A DNA stretch of 63,617 nt, filler included, from Lenisia limosa (lineage: Eukaryota; Protista; Breviatea), in the NCBI GenBank assembly GCA_001655205.1. It is 9 parts of 9 records of this genome, joined end to end, with 100 filler letters (N's around TTAATTAATTAA, not from the genome) between each part and the next. Parts side by side here need not be neighbours in the genome. Positions count along the whole stretch, not along the records: positions 31,639 to 54,199 come from LPNZ01011489.1; positions 54,300 to 58,534 come from LPNZ01000315.1; positions 58,635 to 62,228 come from LPNZ01009162.1; 6 more parts are not named here. One strand, given 5' to 3'. Numbering within the stretch: position 1 is the stretch's first letter; every line of letters begins with the position of its first letter. The notes under the pieces are model-generated. The model did no database searches, was not told the DNA's origin, and was given only the letters and a program-made list of their open reading frames with translations. The position numbers and the translations under genes were made by a program. Below, piece after piece: positions 48,941 through 60,088 of the stretch.

Positions 48941-51900
48941 ATGTATCCTAAGAGCCAAAATAATAGAAGGGCGTCCTTAAATAAGGGCGGAGGGAGAGTT
49001 CAGTTATCTTCCAAAAGTATCAATAGTCCCCCTTTCCAGCCCCAGCAGCTTACTAAGTTCTATGATGACCAACATTCTAACTCAGAAGAAGACCCAAACA
49101 ACTGGGATATTCTCAATTTGGCCTCTCATGGACTCAGGGTTCTGAGTCCATCTGTTGGAAACTACACCCACATCACCTTTCTGGTTTGTATTTGGAATGG
49201 TTTGGAAGTAGTAATCATTTTTAGCTCTTGAATAACAATAACTTGGCCAATCTGCCTGGGTCAGTGTTCCGTTCCCTCCCCTCCCTCACAACCTTGGATG
49301 TTTCCTACAACAAGCTGTCGTCGCTCCCTGTAAGCTTATCAGGGGGGATTTTTGATTTTGTTAAATAAAATAAGGCGAAAATTATGTTTTCTTTTTGGTG
49401 AAGCTTCATTTTTTTGAAGAGTGACGTTTTCCTCACTATTCAGCCTGAGATCGGAGAAGTCCTCAAGCTGGAGGGGCTGAGCTTTGCGCATAACAAGGTC
49501 ACTTCCCTCCCAATACAATTTGGAAAGCTATCAAATTTGAGGCGCCTTGACTTGTAAGTAGAGAGCTGGAGTGATATTCACCCCCAATATTTTGAAATTT
49601 ATGTTGTAGTGATGGAAACCCGCTGAACTTCCCCGAATCCAACATTATGAACAAAGGAGAGACTCAGATCATTCGATACTTGAATGGCTTTCTTGATAGT
49701 GGGGGATGGTTAATGTGGAGGAAAAACATTTTTCTTGTTCTGAACGACAATGACTTCTTCCAGAAATGGCTCCGATTCCGCGTCAATGGTATCGCAACAA
49801 CGCTAAAAATCCTCGAAGTAGGGAGAGTTGCTGGTTGTACCCCACAGCGGATGAGTATAATTTTCCAGGTGTTCGTGTGATGGTGCATAACATCCTTGCC
49901 GCGTGCTATGCTTCTGAATCGGTAGGATTGTTTTCCTATCGTGTGGCTGAAGGTCACACAATTCTAATCAGCAAATGTCAAAAAAAAAAAAAAAGAATCC
50001 AAGTTACTGAATAACGAAACTAAGCCTCACGGTTTCAGATGTACCCCTATTGTGAGCCATGGTGCCTCTCATGGCCGCATCGGTTGGGCTTGGTGACTGC
50101 TTCAATTGACAGCATTGACCCTGATATCTGCTGCCTTCAGGTTTGCGCGATATTTTTGGCGTGTGTGTTACTATTCTTTTACAAGTTTTGCTAACACCCT
50201 TTTGTGAAAAGGTAGTCATACTTTGTAGGAGGTTGCTTCTTCAGCCTTCCATGATGAGCTTGTTCCACTTTTAGCCACTGGGGGAATGCGAGGGTGTTAT
50301 GGTCAGAAGAGCCGCGCACGCACCATGGCTTCGGAACAAGCCATGGCTGTTGATGGTTGTGCCACTTTCTTCAGCACGGATAAGTAGGCTTATGACAACG
50401 AAAAGAGTTAACTTTCAGGTTTACTCTTCTTGAGGAGCACATCATCTCATATCAAACTATTATTATGGCTCGACCAGAGTTCAAGTTTAATCATGACGGT
50501 TGGCTGGCAAATGTTTCTTCCGCTTAATCAGTCATTTAATTGTTCTCGAAAATGTTGGGATAGTCTGATATTTTGTATGTTACTGCAACTAATCATTAAG
50601 GCCTGAATACCGCCTGCAGTTGTGACAATTTGGCGTTAGTAACTCTCCTCCAAAATAAATTCGACCTTACCAGTATGAGAGATAAGGGATTATTTCCACC
50701 TGATAAACTGTTTGTATGCAAGAGGAATTCGGAGACTTCATCCAAAAAATGACTTCTTTTACTCAATTTATATTATTCTATGAGCCTTAGTCAGACCATC
50801 AAAATCCTACAATCTCATTACCAATTATAGGGTGTCCAGTACGACACTTTTGATTATACTTACCACGGTAGCCTATCTTGTTGTGAACGCCCACATGGTG
50901 TGGAACCCCGAGCTTTCTGACGTCAAATTGTTCCAGACTATTCTTTGTTGCCAATGGATTGAAGATTTCCTTCAAAGTAAGCTCGGTATTCTTTTTGTCG
51001 TCAGATGTTTTCATCTTTTCCTGTAACTATTGTGTTCCTCTTACGTAACTTCTTTTTGTTTGCATATCGTATCATAATTTTGGAACTTTTTTAGATGGAG
51101 GGTCTAATATTGTAGACAACCCGCAATACCAGCCACATCTTGTGTTCTGTGGCGACTTCAATTCATTAGTGGGAGAGGGACTCATAATGAGTACTTATCA
51201 CGGTCGCATTTCCGATAAATTCTCGATAACCATCGATATTTTACCTATCCTTTTCGAACCTACTTATAGTTGTCCCTATGCGCATTAAAAGACCATGGTC
51301 AGACACTGACCCCTTAGCCTTCAAGCCTTGTGTATCAGCTCTTGGACCAGGGAATGGTCACCGGTCGGGATGTTGGCCCTGGTTATGCCAGCTTATCACA
51401 ACATGTAAGCTTAATAAAGAACATAAATTGTACATTATAATGTTTTACAAACAAAAAAGCCTTCGCTGATCTTAGTATATTGCACTTTTAAATAATTGAT
51501 ACCCTTTAATATAAAAAAATAGGGTATGGGTGGCTTCACTGAGATACATANNNNNNNNNNNNNNNNNNNNNNNNNNNNNNNNNNNNNNNNNNNNNNNNNN
51601 NNNNNNNNNNNNNNNNNNNNNNNNNNNNNNNNNNNNNNNNNNTTTGGAATTGAAAAGCGCCTATGGTCGCATGTGTGGGGAGCCAGCGTTCACAAATCTT
51701 ACTGAAGAGTTTACGGGTACCATCGACTACATATGGGCTGGTTCTGGCCTAGAGGTCTCCAATGTTCTCAACCCCATAACCAAAGAGGCTTGTAATGGCA
51801 AGGTCTGTGGTTATTGTTACGCTTTATCTTTGCTTCTGCTTCCAATGATGGCTTACCCCTTAGTTGTTCCCTAACCCCACAATGCCCAGTGACCATATGG

Positions 51901-52064
51901 CCTTGGCTGCAGACTTCACCCCTCCTTCTCCTTGTAGGCACCAGGGTGGAAGGTTTATTGTGATGTTTCACTGCAATAGTACTGTTATTAATAACTCCTT
52001 TAGCTTTCTTCCTTGGGAATGGTTGGCATTAGTTGTACAATCCATGTTTTATTTGTTTTTCTAG
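48941..52064 (+). CDS. CCR4: CCR4/CNOT6 deadenylase (LRR + EEP domain); 3' end uncertain after about 51950
   Basis: LRRs (ILNLASHGLRVLSPSVG, LDVSYNKLSSLP, LSFAHNKVTSLP); VRVMVHNILA; GQKSRARTM....VDGCATFF; VNAHMVWNPELSDVKLFQ; CGDFNSL; FTNLTEEFTGTIDYIW; FPNPTMPSDH. Confidence 0.93.
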
Positions 52065-52293
52065 TATGGTTCTATTGATTTCTTTTTTTTATTTTAACTG
52101 TTGAAATGAATGTTTCTTTGTACACTTATTTCTGGATGGATGGGAAAACTGAGAAAAAGTTTTAAATGGGTGAGCGGAAAGCGGAAACTAAATGACGATC
52201 AGCAGATCCCGAAGTATATTGTTCCAAAAATTTCCTTCTTATCTTATCGCTATCGCTCGCCTTTTTGCATTGCTTTATTTGTTTGACAACACA

Positions 52294-54154
52294 ATGGTTG
52301 CAGCTATGCCCCCGCAAACATGTAGGGAGCGCTCCAGAGCATGTCGACTAATAACTGGCTACTTCCTGCTCATTATTGCTTCCATTATTGTCATTCCAAC
52401 TTCAATTTACATGGTTGATTACCTCAAGGGTGGCGATTGGGGCACTCCAGTAAGAATTTTTTTTGAACCCAATAAAGCTAATAACCTTTGCAGCTTATGC
52501 TTGGCTTTGTGTTTGGCCATATGATTCTTCTCGGCCTTTGGGGCATGTTAGTATTCCCGGCCGTTTCTGAAGAGCGTAGAAGACATTTAGAGTGAGTTTT
52601 AGTCTTCGGACTGTCTTTTAGTCGTTGTAATAAATGTAAATTCATCTTCTCTAGGCGTGTGGCTCTTATTAACAGTCAAGAAGAGGTATGATGAGGAAGG
52701 TTGTGACATTTGGACTGCCTTTCCTTTTACCAACTATGTACCGAATGAATTATATGGCCATTATGTCAAAAATTCCACCGCTAAAATTGATTGTTTCGCG
52801 CCTCCTCTTACCCAAAGGACAAAGATAGTTATGAGATGCTTGAAACTGAACCGACTTCTGAGGTGGAGCTTGTCAAGGTTGACCTTGCGACCCAAAAGCA
52901 AGTTAAAGATCCCAAGTGCAAAAGAAGAACTCTTCTCTGTGAGACTGGGCTCTTTCTGTTTTTGACACTCTTTAGTGCGTTGTGGAGTCTGTGCTTCATG
53001 CCTGTTCTGCACTGTTGCTGTTTTGTTCTGTGTTGGAATGCTTTACCTTCGCTTCAACACCATTCCAGACGTTGATACCACTTACACCATTGAGGGTCTC
53101 AAGAGCACCATTACCGTGGGGTTTGGTATATGCTTTATTTGTTCTCTTGAATCAAACGTCAGTTCTTACCGCCAAGATTGAACGTGAGAAGTCTGGAATC
53201 GCCCATATTACTGCTGAGACTGAACTGGAAGCCAATTATGGACTTGGTTATGCACATGCCCAGGACAGGTTCGCGTCACAATACTTTCACTGATTTCACA
53301 TGTGTTTATTAAAGCAGTGTAAGGATTTCCCCGTGGATTTGGGGTAGAGATTTTGGCAATATTTACAGAGTAGCAAAATTCATAGATTTGGGGCGGTTAA
53401 GATTAAGTAATAAATCTGGTTTGGAGACCTGCTTTTAAGGCCAATTTCAGTACCACCTCTTATCCGTTAGATTCTGGCAAATGGAGCTTCAACGTCTTCT
53501 TGTTAACGGTAAGAATTTCATGACTTATAAATGTGATGTTCTGAAAAATGTTAGAAGAGCTTCGGCAAGATAACTTTATAAGCGTGAGGGTGTTAGGCTT
53601 CTGCCAGACACAACCTGTCATTTCAACATACATTATTTGGTGATATGTATATTACTATTAATAATTGATATCATATATATACTATATACTACTACATGTA
53701 TATTCATATGATATGTAAATGGATATGATACAATATGATATGTATAATTTTCTCAAAAGACCATTGTCGTGCAGTGAGAGGCAAGGGAATATAACCCTCC
53801 TTCCCCACAAAGGACAACTGTCATCCCGTGTCGGCGAAGCTGGCGTGGAAATTGACAAATACTTCCTGAGTCTTGGCTTCAACCGGATTGCTGCTCGGGA
53901 CTGGGACTGTATCGATAATAAGACCAAGAGCATTTTCGAAAGGTGAGCTCCGACAAAATAGGATTGCTTGTTTTTAAGCATAAACATAAACAATCACATA
54001 ATTACACACTTTTTGTTTTTATTCCATACAATTACATTGACCCCCCCCCCCCAGCTATGTATCAGGCGTCAATGCTTTCATTGATGAAAATGATCAGTGG
54101 CCAGTCGAAATGAGACTTTTGGGTTATGATGACCCTGCACACTTCACAGGCCAG
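52294..54154 (+). CDS. S45 Ntn-hydrolase (penicillin G / AHL acylase-like) with three N-terminal TM helices (3'-truncated)
   Basis: In-frame exon chain: TM1 ITGYFLLIIASIIVIPTSIYMV, TM2 LMLGFVFGHMILLGLWGMLVF, TM3 CGVCASCLFCTVAVLFCVGMLYL, then IEGLKSTIT|IEREKSGIAHITAE...YGLGYAHAQDR|FWQMELQR...G|QLSSRVG...IDKYFLSLGF...|YVSGVNAFI...WPVEMRLLG. Confidence 0.88.
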
Positions 54155-54199
54155 GTGAAGGGGGAAGGGCATATCGTAGTAGTATTTTCTCTGTATGAT

Positions 54200-54299
54200 N
54201 NNNNNNNNNNNNNNNNNNNNNNNNNNNNNNNNNNNNNNNNNNNTTAATTAATTAANNNNNNNNNNNNNNNNNNNNNNNNNNNNNNNNNNNNNNNNNNNN
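54200..54299. other. Artificial contig spacer
   Basis: 44N-TTAATTAATTAA-44N. Confidence 0.97.
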
Positions 54300-54346
54300 G
54301 CATATGATATATATCTAAAAATCTTGAGCAACTATGACATGTTTAG

Positions 54347-54803
54347 ACCTGAACATCATCACCAACGAGGCCGCCATGACCGCCACCTTCCTCGACCGTG
54401 AGTACCGACATGCTGTCAAGAAGACCGATCGTGTCAAGACTCGCCGCAAGGCCCACCGCAAGAAGCGCCTCACCCACAAGTCCCAGTCTATCCATGACTA
54501 CCGTGGAAGTTCAGGTCTTCTTCCTGTTTGTGTTTGTTGGGTTTGTTTATTGTCATTATACGCAATCATGATTGTATTCCCGTTAATGTCAATTTTATTG
54601 TTCCTGTTGTACCCAAAAAGATGAAATTTTTCGGGAAGGGGGTTCTCTCTCTCTCTCTCACTCTATTTTTTTCAACAATTATACACATGAATCCAATTAT
54701 TTATTACTCACTCCTATAGGCCCCTCGAGATCTTCATCTTCAGGCGATAAAAATGGTCCGTGCTGCCCTCTTCAACGCTGACGATGAGGCCGAATTCGGA
54801 TGA
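54347..54803 (+). CDS. 3' end of an unidentified gene with a basic (K/R-rich) stretch
   Basis: Strongly codon-biased exons LNIITNEAAMTATFLDREYRHAVKKTDRVKTRRKAHRKKRLTHK... and APRDLHLQAIKMVRAALFNADDEAEFG*. Confidence 0.6.
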
Positions 54804-54880
54804 AGAAATCGAAGAAGAAGAAGGAGGAGGAGGTTGGAATCTCGACAAAAGCGACACCGAGGACGTTGAGGAGGAGGTTT

Positions 54881-55400
54881 TTAGGTGTAGAGTTGTCGAA
54901 CACAACTTAACACACACTGTGGAAGCGTGACACGCTGGTCCACGACACCCAACAACAGCTACCTCCCTGTAGGTGACGAACCTCCTCTCCTTGTTCGTCC
55001 AGGAGTGGTCTTCGTCTATGAGGAGGTCACGTTTGCGGCACCAATCCTAAAGAATCATACAGATCAGGCAGACAAAAGATAGATTCTTTCATTATGAAAG
55101 AGAAACAAGTCAAAAACATTTTTATTTATAACTTTAAGAGTAAACCAACCCTGGAGAGGCTTGAGGGAAGGCTGTCAAGTCGACTAAAGAAGTAAATCAT
55201 GTTGTACAATATAGTATTAGCAGTTTGACACTGTAGAGTCGAGAGATTCAATGATGAAAAGCTATGTCCCCACTTACGCATCCCTCTGGTGTGGTGCTCC
55301 ATTTCCTCCTCCAGAATGGCTGCACCAACAGCCTCAATAGCCTCAGCGCTGTGGAGGTAGAAGACATCGCCTCCAGATGCGGAGACAATGTAACCAGACA
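54881..55400 (-). CDS. Small unidentified multi-exon gene (start not resolved)
   Basis: GDVFYLHSAEAIEAVGAAILEEEMEHHTRGM|LDLTAFPQASPGL|DWCRKRDLLIDEDHSWTNKERRFVTYRE|CVLSCVRQLYT*. Confidence 0.55.
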
Positions 55401-55759
55401 CAAAAATAAGCCTTCGTTTAGGCGCCTTAACTCCCTCATATTAAGACTTGTCTTTTTTTTCATTATATCAACAAAAGGGTGAACAAAAAAAAAAATTGAC
55501 GGTTGGCACAAGTGGGCGATGGACCCCCAGAAAAAATTAAAATATTATTCCCTGCTTTTCTGTCAGGCGACATATTATTGAACCTTGCCATTGTTATTAT
55601 TGTACACAAATACGTTATATTATTTTTTTTACGGCTTTTCAATGTATTTAAAATTTTGACAGTACCACCTTAAATGTCAAAAAATACAGATGTCAAACCT
55701 TCCAAGAGTTTACCTGGCGGGGTTTTAAGAGCATCAATATCACGGATTACAAAAGATAT

Positions 55760-58471
55760 GGGTAGGGTGATCAAGAATAAGAGCAAACACATAACTCAAA
55801 CCGATCAAGACCCTAAAATGCTTCTACTCTCCATGATTGGGGGAGAGAAGTGATACTATAATATTCAAAAACATGGTAAATTTCGCTTTGCAGCCCTCAG
55901 TAAAACATAGAGCTGCCCCAGATCACTCTCTAAAACCTCATGGTCGAGGATCTTCCCCCCCTCCCCATTCTATACATCTGCCCCTCCTTTTCTCCTTTGC
56001 ACTCCTAACTTCTTTGACTTTGGGTTGGCTTTGGGACTTGTTTTTGAATCCCTGCCAAAAAAAAAAAACTCATTTCAATTTCATCCACACAAAAAAAGTT
56101 CACAAACCTTCAACTTAAGGGTATCAGCATCAAAAATACCTCCCCAAGTGTCTGAGAAAGGTTTGATTTCAGGATCTCTCAAGAATAAAAGACAAAAAGT
56201 ACTGCAGTATGATTGAAGTATCTTGAAGGGTCTTTGGGTATTGGAAATAACTCTTCAAGCTGAATCGTTGAGAAAATAGTAATCAAATAAGAATTCAATA
56301 AATTAAATTCGCTTAAACTATGATAGATAACAAAAAAAAGGAAACTGTAGAATTGAATTTATTGATAAATTAGTCACAATTTTGACTTCAATTCCAGATA
56401 TATAGACTGATGATTCAGTCCCATAGGAGACTTCTATTGCTTGTATTTCCTTGAAAGGAAAGAATGGGCGAGATTGATGATTGACATGAGCCACAGTTGT
56501 CCGATTTTGAGATTCCCAAACAAAGGAAGAAATATTTGGAGCACTATATGTCTGGGAGAGCAACAATTGCCAAACAAAGAGGAAACTGACAAAAATATGC
56601 GACTTCAACATTTTTACTTATTGTTTTTGTGGTCCCTCCCCCTTCCTTCGAACTTCCTTCACCAACCTTCACCAGACCTTCACACCTTCCCACCTTCACA
56701 CCTTCACTACCTCGCGCACGACCATTTGAACCATTGGGTAATAGAATATGTTTTATCTGGGGAATACACTCTATTGAGCCATTCCGCGGGTTTCATCCAC
56801 TATCTCTCGCTTATCGATTGACAAAACCAGTAAGTAGGTCGTTCAAATCAAGTTTAAACAGGTGATGAGACCTGCAACTCACTTTTAGACCCTATCATTT
56901 ACTAAATTAAAATGTAAATTGAGAAAACAATGTTTGTTTGGAATTTCGCCCGATTTTCCGTGAAACATTGCAAGAAATATGCACTTTTCTGAGTCAACTC
57001 CAAGAGATTGGAAAACACTCATTGGGAAGATAGGTATGGGATATAAACCATTGAGTTTCACCAAATAATGAGATCACCATTTTGGCGCCTTACTCGTTTT
57101 CACTTCTAATGAGTTTGGGTTCTTGAAATGCCAAAAAAATATTTTCACGGGCTTATATACTCCTAATTTACCCAAAACTTGAGGAAACTCTAATTTGTAA
57201 GAGTGTTATGAAGCATTTTTGTGTATGCACAGGCTAGAAGTCTCCAGAAAGACTTGACAGGTTGAGGTCCCCAGATATAACAAATTCTACTACCCCACGT
57301 TTGACTTTGAACATGGAGGAAAATTGAACTAGACGAGGATCCCAAGTGACACTGCTGTCCTCGAGGTGAGGTCAGAGTTGGTGAGCAACAGACAGATTGG
57401 ATTGATGGAGATTCATTCTAGAAGAGTTATTCATTGTAACAACAAAAACTGTAAAATAAAGCAACAAACCATTTCACCAAGAGAAGAGATATTGTCACAA
57501 TTTTAAAGGCCGCCTAAGTTGTTCTAAAAAGTATTAAAAAACTGTAAAAATTACGTGATGATCGAAGAATTGATTCCAGTCGATCTTCTTAAAACTTTTA
57601 ACAATGAAAAGTAACCCCATACTGGAAGAAAAGGTCTTGTAAGAAGCCTTGGAAAAGGAGTCCTGGGGTCGACTTAGCCTCAACTTGCTCTATAAGCGTG
57701 TTGGGGGGTGAGGTGGTACTTAGGGAAGAGCAGCTTTGTCGACAAAAGTCTGTTAAACAACTGTAGTTTTTTTTGAAAGTTGAAGGCAAGGTTCTCTTTG
57801 TTGCAGTGCAGGAGGAAGTCACCTATTTCTTTCGTTCCCCATCGCCCACCTCGGCAAAGGATACTTCGTCGATGAAAACCCCGCTGACCGTCTTCTGGCC
57901 CTCCATAAGGCCCTTTACATGTTCCATGACTTTGCTCTCGCTATCAAGGTAAATCAGCTCTTTTTGTTCTTTTTTACTTTCATGAATATTGTGAATTGTA
58001 AAGGAGTGGATTAGAAATAGTACGCAAGCATTTATTATATTTACTTTGCAGGTACATATAGCGATATTAAGAAATTATAAACATATACAATTATACATGT
58101 TTTTCATACATGCACATTTGAAAACCTCTCTCAAAATCCTGCTTTTTTTTGAGCCAAAGGATTTGTTGTTTGTAATGAATATAGGGTGGAATCCGTGCTC
58201 ACATTCTCTTCCACATCCGCTCCCTCATCCCGTTCTTCGCCAGAGAAGGCCAGTAAGCTATTATTAAGGGTTTACGTGTTTTTTTTATCATATAACTACA
58301 ACCTATTAAAAAGTTTTTTTGGCATGCTTCAATTTAGTATTGTACCAAGCTTTAACGTGTCCAAGATACAAGTATGTCAGAACCTGCCACCGGGTGGCTT
58401 GCATGCTCTACCACAAGAGAGCGGGAGCAAATGCTGCAGTCACTCACTGTGTCAATCTGAATGAATGGTAG
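55760..58471 (+). CDS. Multi-exon gene; C-terminus resembles the DUF6589-type (transposase-associated) helical motif
   Basis: Best-supported exons 57640-58471: EALEKESWGRLSLNLLYK|RGSHLFLSFPIAHLGKGYFVDENPADRLLALHKALYMFHDFALAIK|GGIRAHILFHIRSLIPFFAREG|QYKYVRTCHRVACMLY...NEW*. The 5' exons are tentative; the family call is from memory. Confidence 0.5.
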
Positions 58472-58534
58472 GACCTGCTTAGTTAAAAACACTTTTATGA
58501 GCACATTTGTATCATATTTTTTATCTATAATATC

Positions 58535-58634
58535 NNNNNNNNNNNNNNNNNNNNNNNNNNNNNNNNNNNNNNNNNNNNTTAATTAATTAANNNNNNNNNN
58601 NNNNNNNNNNNNNNNNNNNNNNNNNNNNNNNNNN
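58535..58634. other. Artificial contig spacer
   Basis: 44N-TTAATTAATTAA-44N. Confidence 0.97.
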
Positions 58635-58889
58635 ATGTGGCTGTTTGAACAAGCATCTGCATACTTAGAAGCGAGCAAACCTTCCATCAACCTCAGGATA
58701 GAGAACATTTTGTGTTTCTTTGTCCATAGTCTTTTTTTTGAACAAGAGAAACAATCCTACTCATTTTATCAATTTCCTACTATCTCTACTGTCACACTGT
58801 CACATAGTCCAACTGTTATTTTATCAATTTCCATTTAGCATGTCAAACATCTGACTTGCCAATATCTCTCCACAATAAACCACCACCAA

Positions 58890-58949
58890 TAGAGTTGATT
58901 TGGGCTTTTTTTTGTTTCCAATTTAACTCTCTCTCCCCCCCCCCCCCCC
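58890..58949 (+). repeat. Intronic repeat family C, module 1
   Basis: AGAGTTGATTTGGGCTTTTTTTGTTTCCAATTTAACTCTCTCTCCCCCCCCCCCCCC then a gap. Confidence 0.65.
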
Positions 58950-59077
58950 NNNNNNNNNNNNNNNNNNNNNNNNNNNNNNNNNNNNNNNNNNNNNNNNNNN
59001 NNNNNNNNNNNNNNNNNNNNNNNNNNNNNNNNNNNNNNNNNNNNNNNNNNNNNNNNNNNNNNNNNNNNNNNNNNNNN

Positions 59078-60088
59078 GCCCTTCATCATCATCCCTGGAA
59101 AGTAGAGTAAAAATGGAAAACTTAAGAAACAAAAAAAGAAAGCCCAAAATCAACTATGTTGGCTACAAGAGGGTTAAAAACAAAACACACAAAGCCCAGA
59201 CAAGTCGCTGCAGGGGTTTATGAAACTATTTATTCCAAAGGGTAGATACAATGATGATTCACAATCTCACAACCATTACGATAATTCAAGCAACCTCCAA
59301 CACATACATACATATATCATATATGATCAGAATAATATATATTTGGTGGATCATCTATCAAGTTACATATTGTACAAATATCGATATCTACATGTATATA
59401 TCATACACTATACATAAGATATTAAACAATACTATAGATAGTAGCTTTATTAGCTCAACGAAATATCCCCTTCAAGTTACCTCTGTCAGCACCCCCCTCC
59501 CCCCACANNNNNNNNNNNNNNNNNNNNNNNNNNNNNNNNNNNNNNNNNNNNNNNNNNNNNNNNNNNNNNNNNNNNNNNNNNNNNNNNNNNNNNNNNNNNN
59601 NNNNNNNNNNNNNNNNNNNNNNNNNNNNNNNNNNNNNNNNNNNNNNNNNNNNNNNNNNNNNNNNNNNNNNNNNNNNNNNNNNNNNNNNNNNNNNNNNNNN
59701 NNNNNNNNNNNNNTTGAAAACACAAGGGCTATAGTAAGCCAACAATGGAAAATTTACGAAATTGCTATTGGAAACATCAAAAAAAATAGTAGATAATAAT
59801 AATACAAAAGTTAAATAGGCACTTGTCTCATTTCATTATAAGAGCTTTAAATAGTATATAAAATTAAGACTTTGATTGAACGTATTTTGAGTTCCCATTC
59901 CTCAACAAACTTGGGTCGTCAAAAGCGGGCTGTCCGGCAGTGATGTCGGCAAAACCTTCGTCTTCTAAAATCGATTATCATTCTGACTGAAAACGCTGCG
60001 AATCCTAAAATAGGAGATAAAAAAGCATACTTGAGGGTACTGGAGTGATACTTCGTGGAGGGGCCTTCTTGCTGCTCCCCCCTCCCAT
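59078..60088 (-). CDS. 5' part of an unidentified, probably N-myristoylated protein
   Basis: MGGGSSKKAPPRSITPVPS|KDEGFADITAGQPAFDDP|...; later exon start ..DDDEG after a family-C acceptor; the rest is lost in gaps. Confidence 0.5.
59095..59212 (-). repeat. Intronic repeat family C, copy ending at a 3' splice site
   Basis: Reverse complement GCGACTTGTCTGGGCTTTGTGTG...GCCAACATAGTTGATTTTGGGCTTTC...TTTTCCATTTTTACTCTACTTTCCAG|GGATGATGATGAAGG. Confidence 0.75.

Noticed and set aside
19870-52064. TTP-like protein and CCR4 deadenylase as a functional gene cluster
   Set aside because: They lie on different contigs separated by two artificial spacers; co-occurrence is coincidental.
37456-54154. Prophage or bacterial contamination explaining the lysozyme, M15 and S45 domains
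   Set aside because: The genes carry many spliceosomal introns, share host codon usage and are flanked by eukaryotic genes on the same scaffold.
54714-54917. Minus-strand ORF as an independent overlapping gene
   Set aside because: It is antisense to a codon-biased exon and a purine repeat; a spliced ending (CVLSCVRQLYT*) is simpler.
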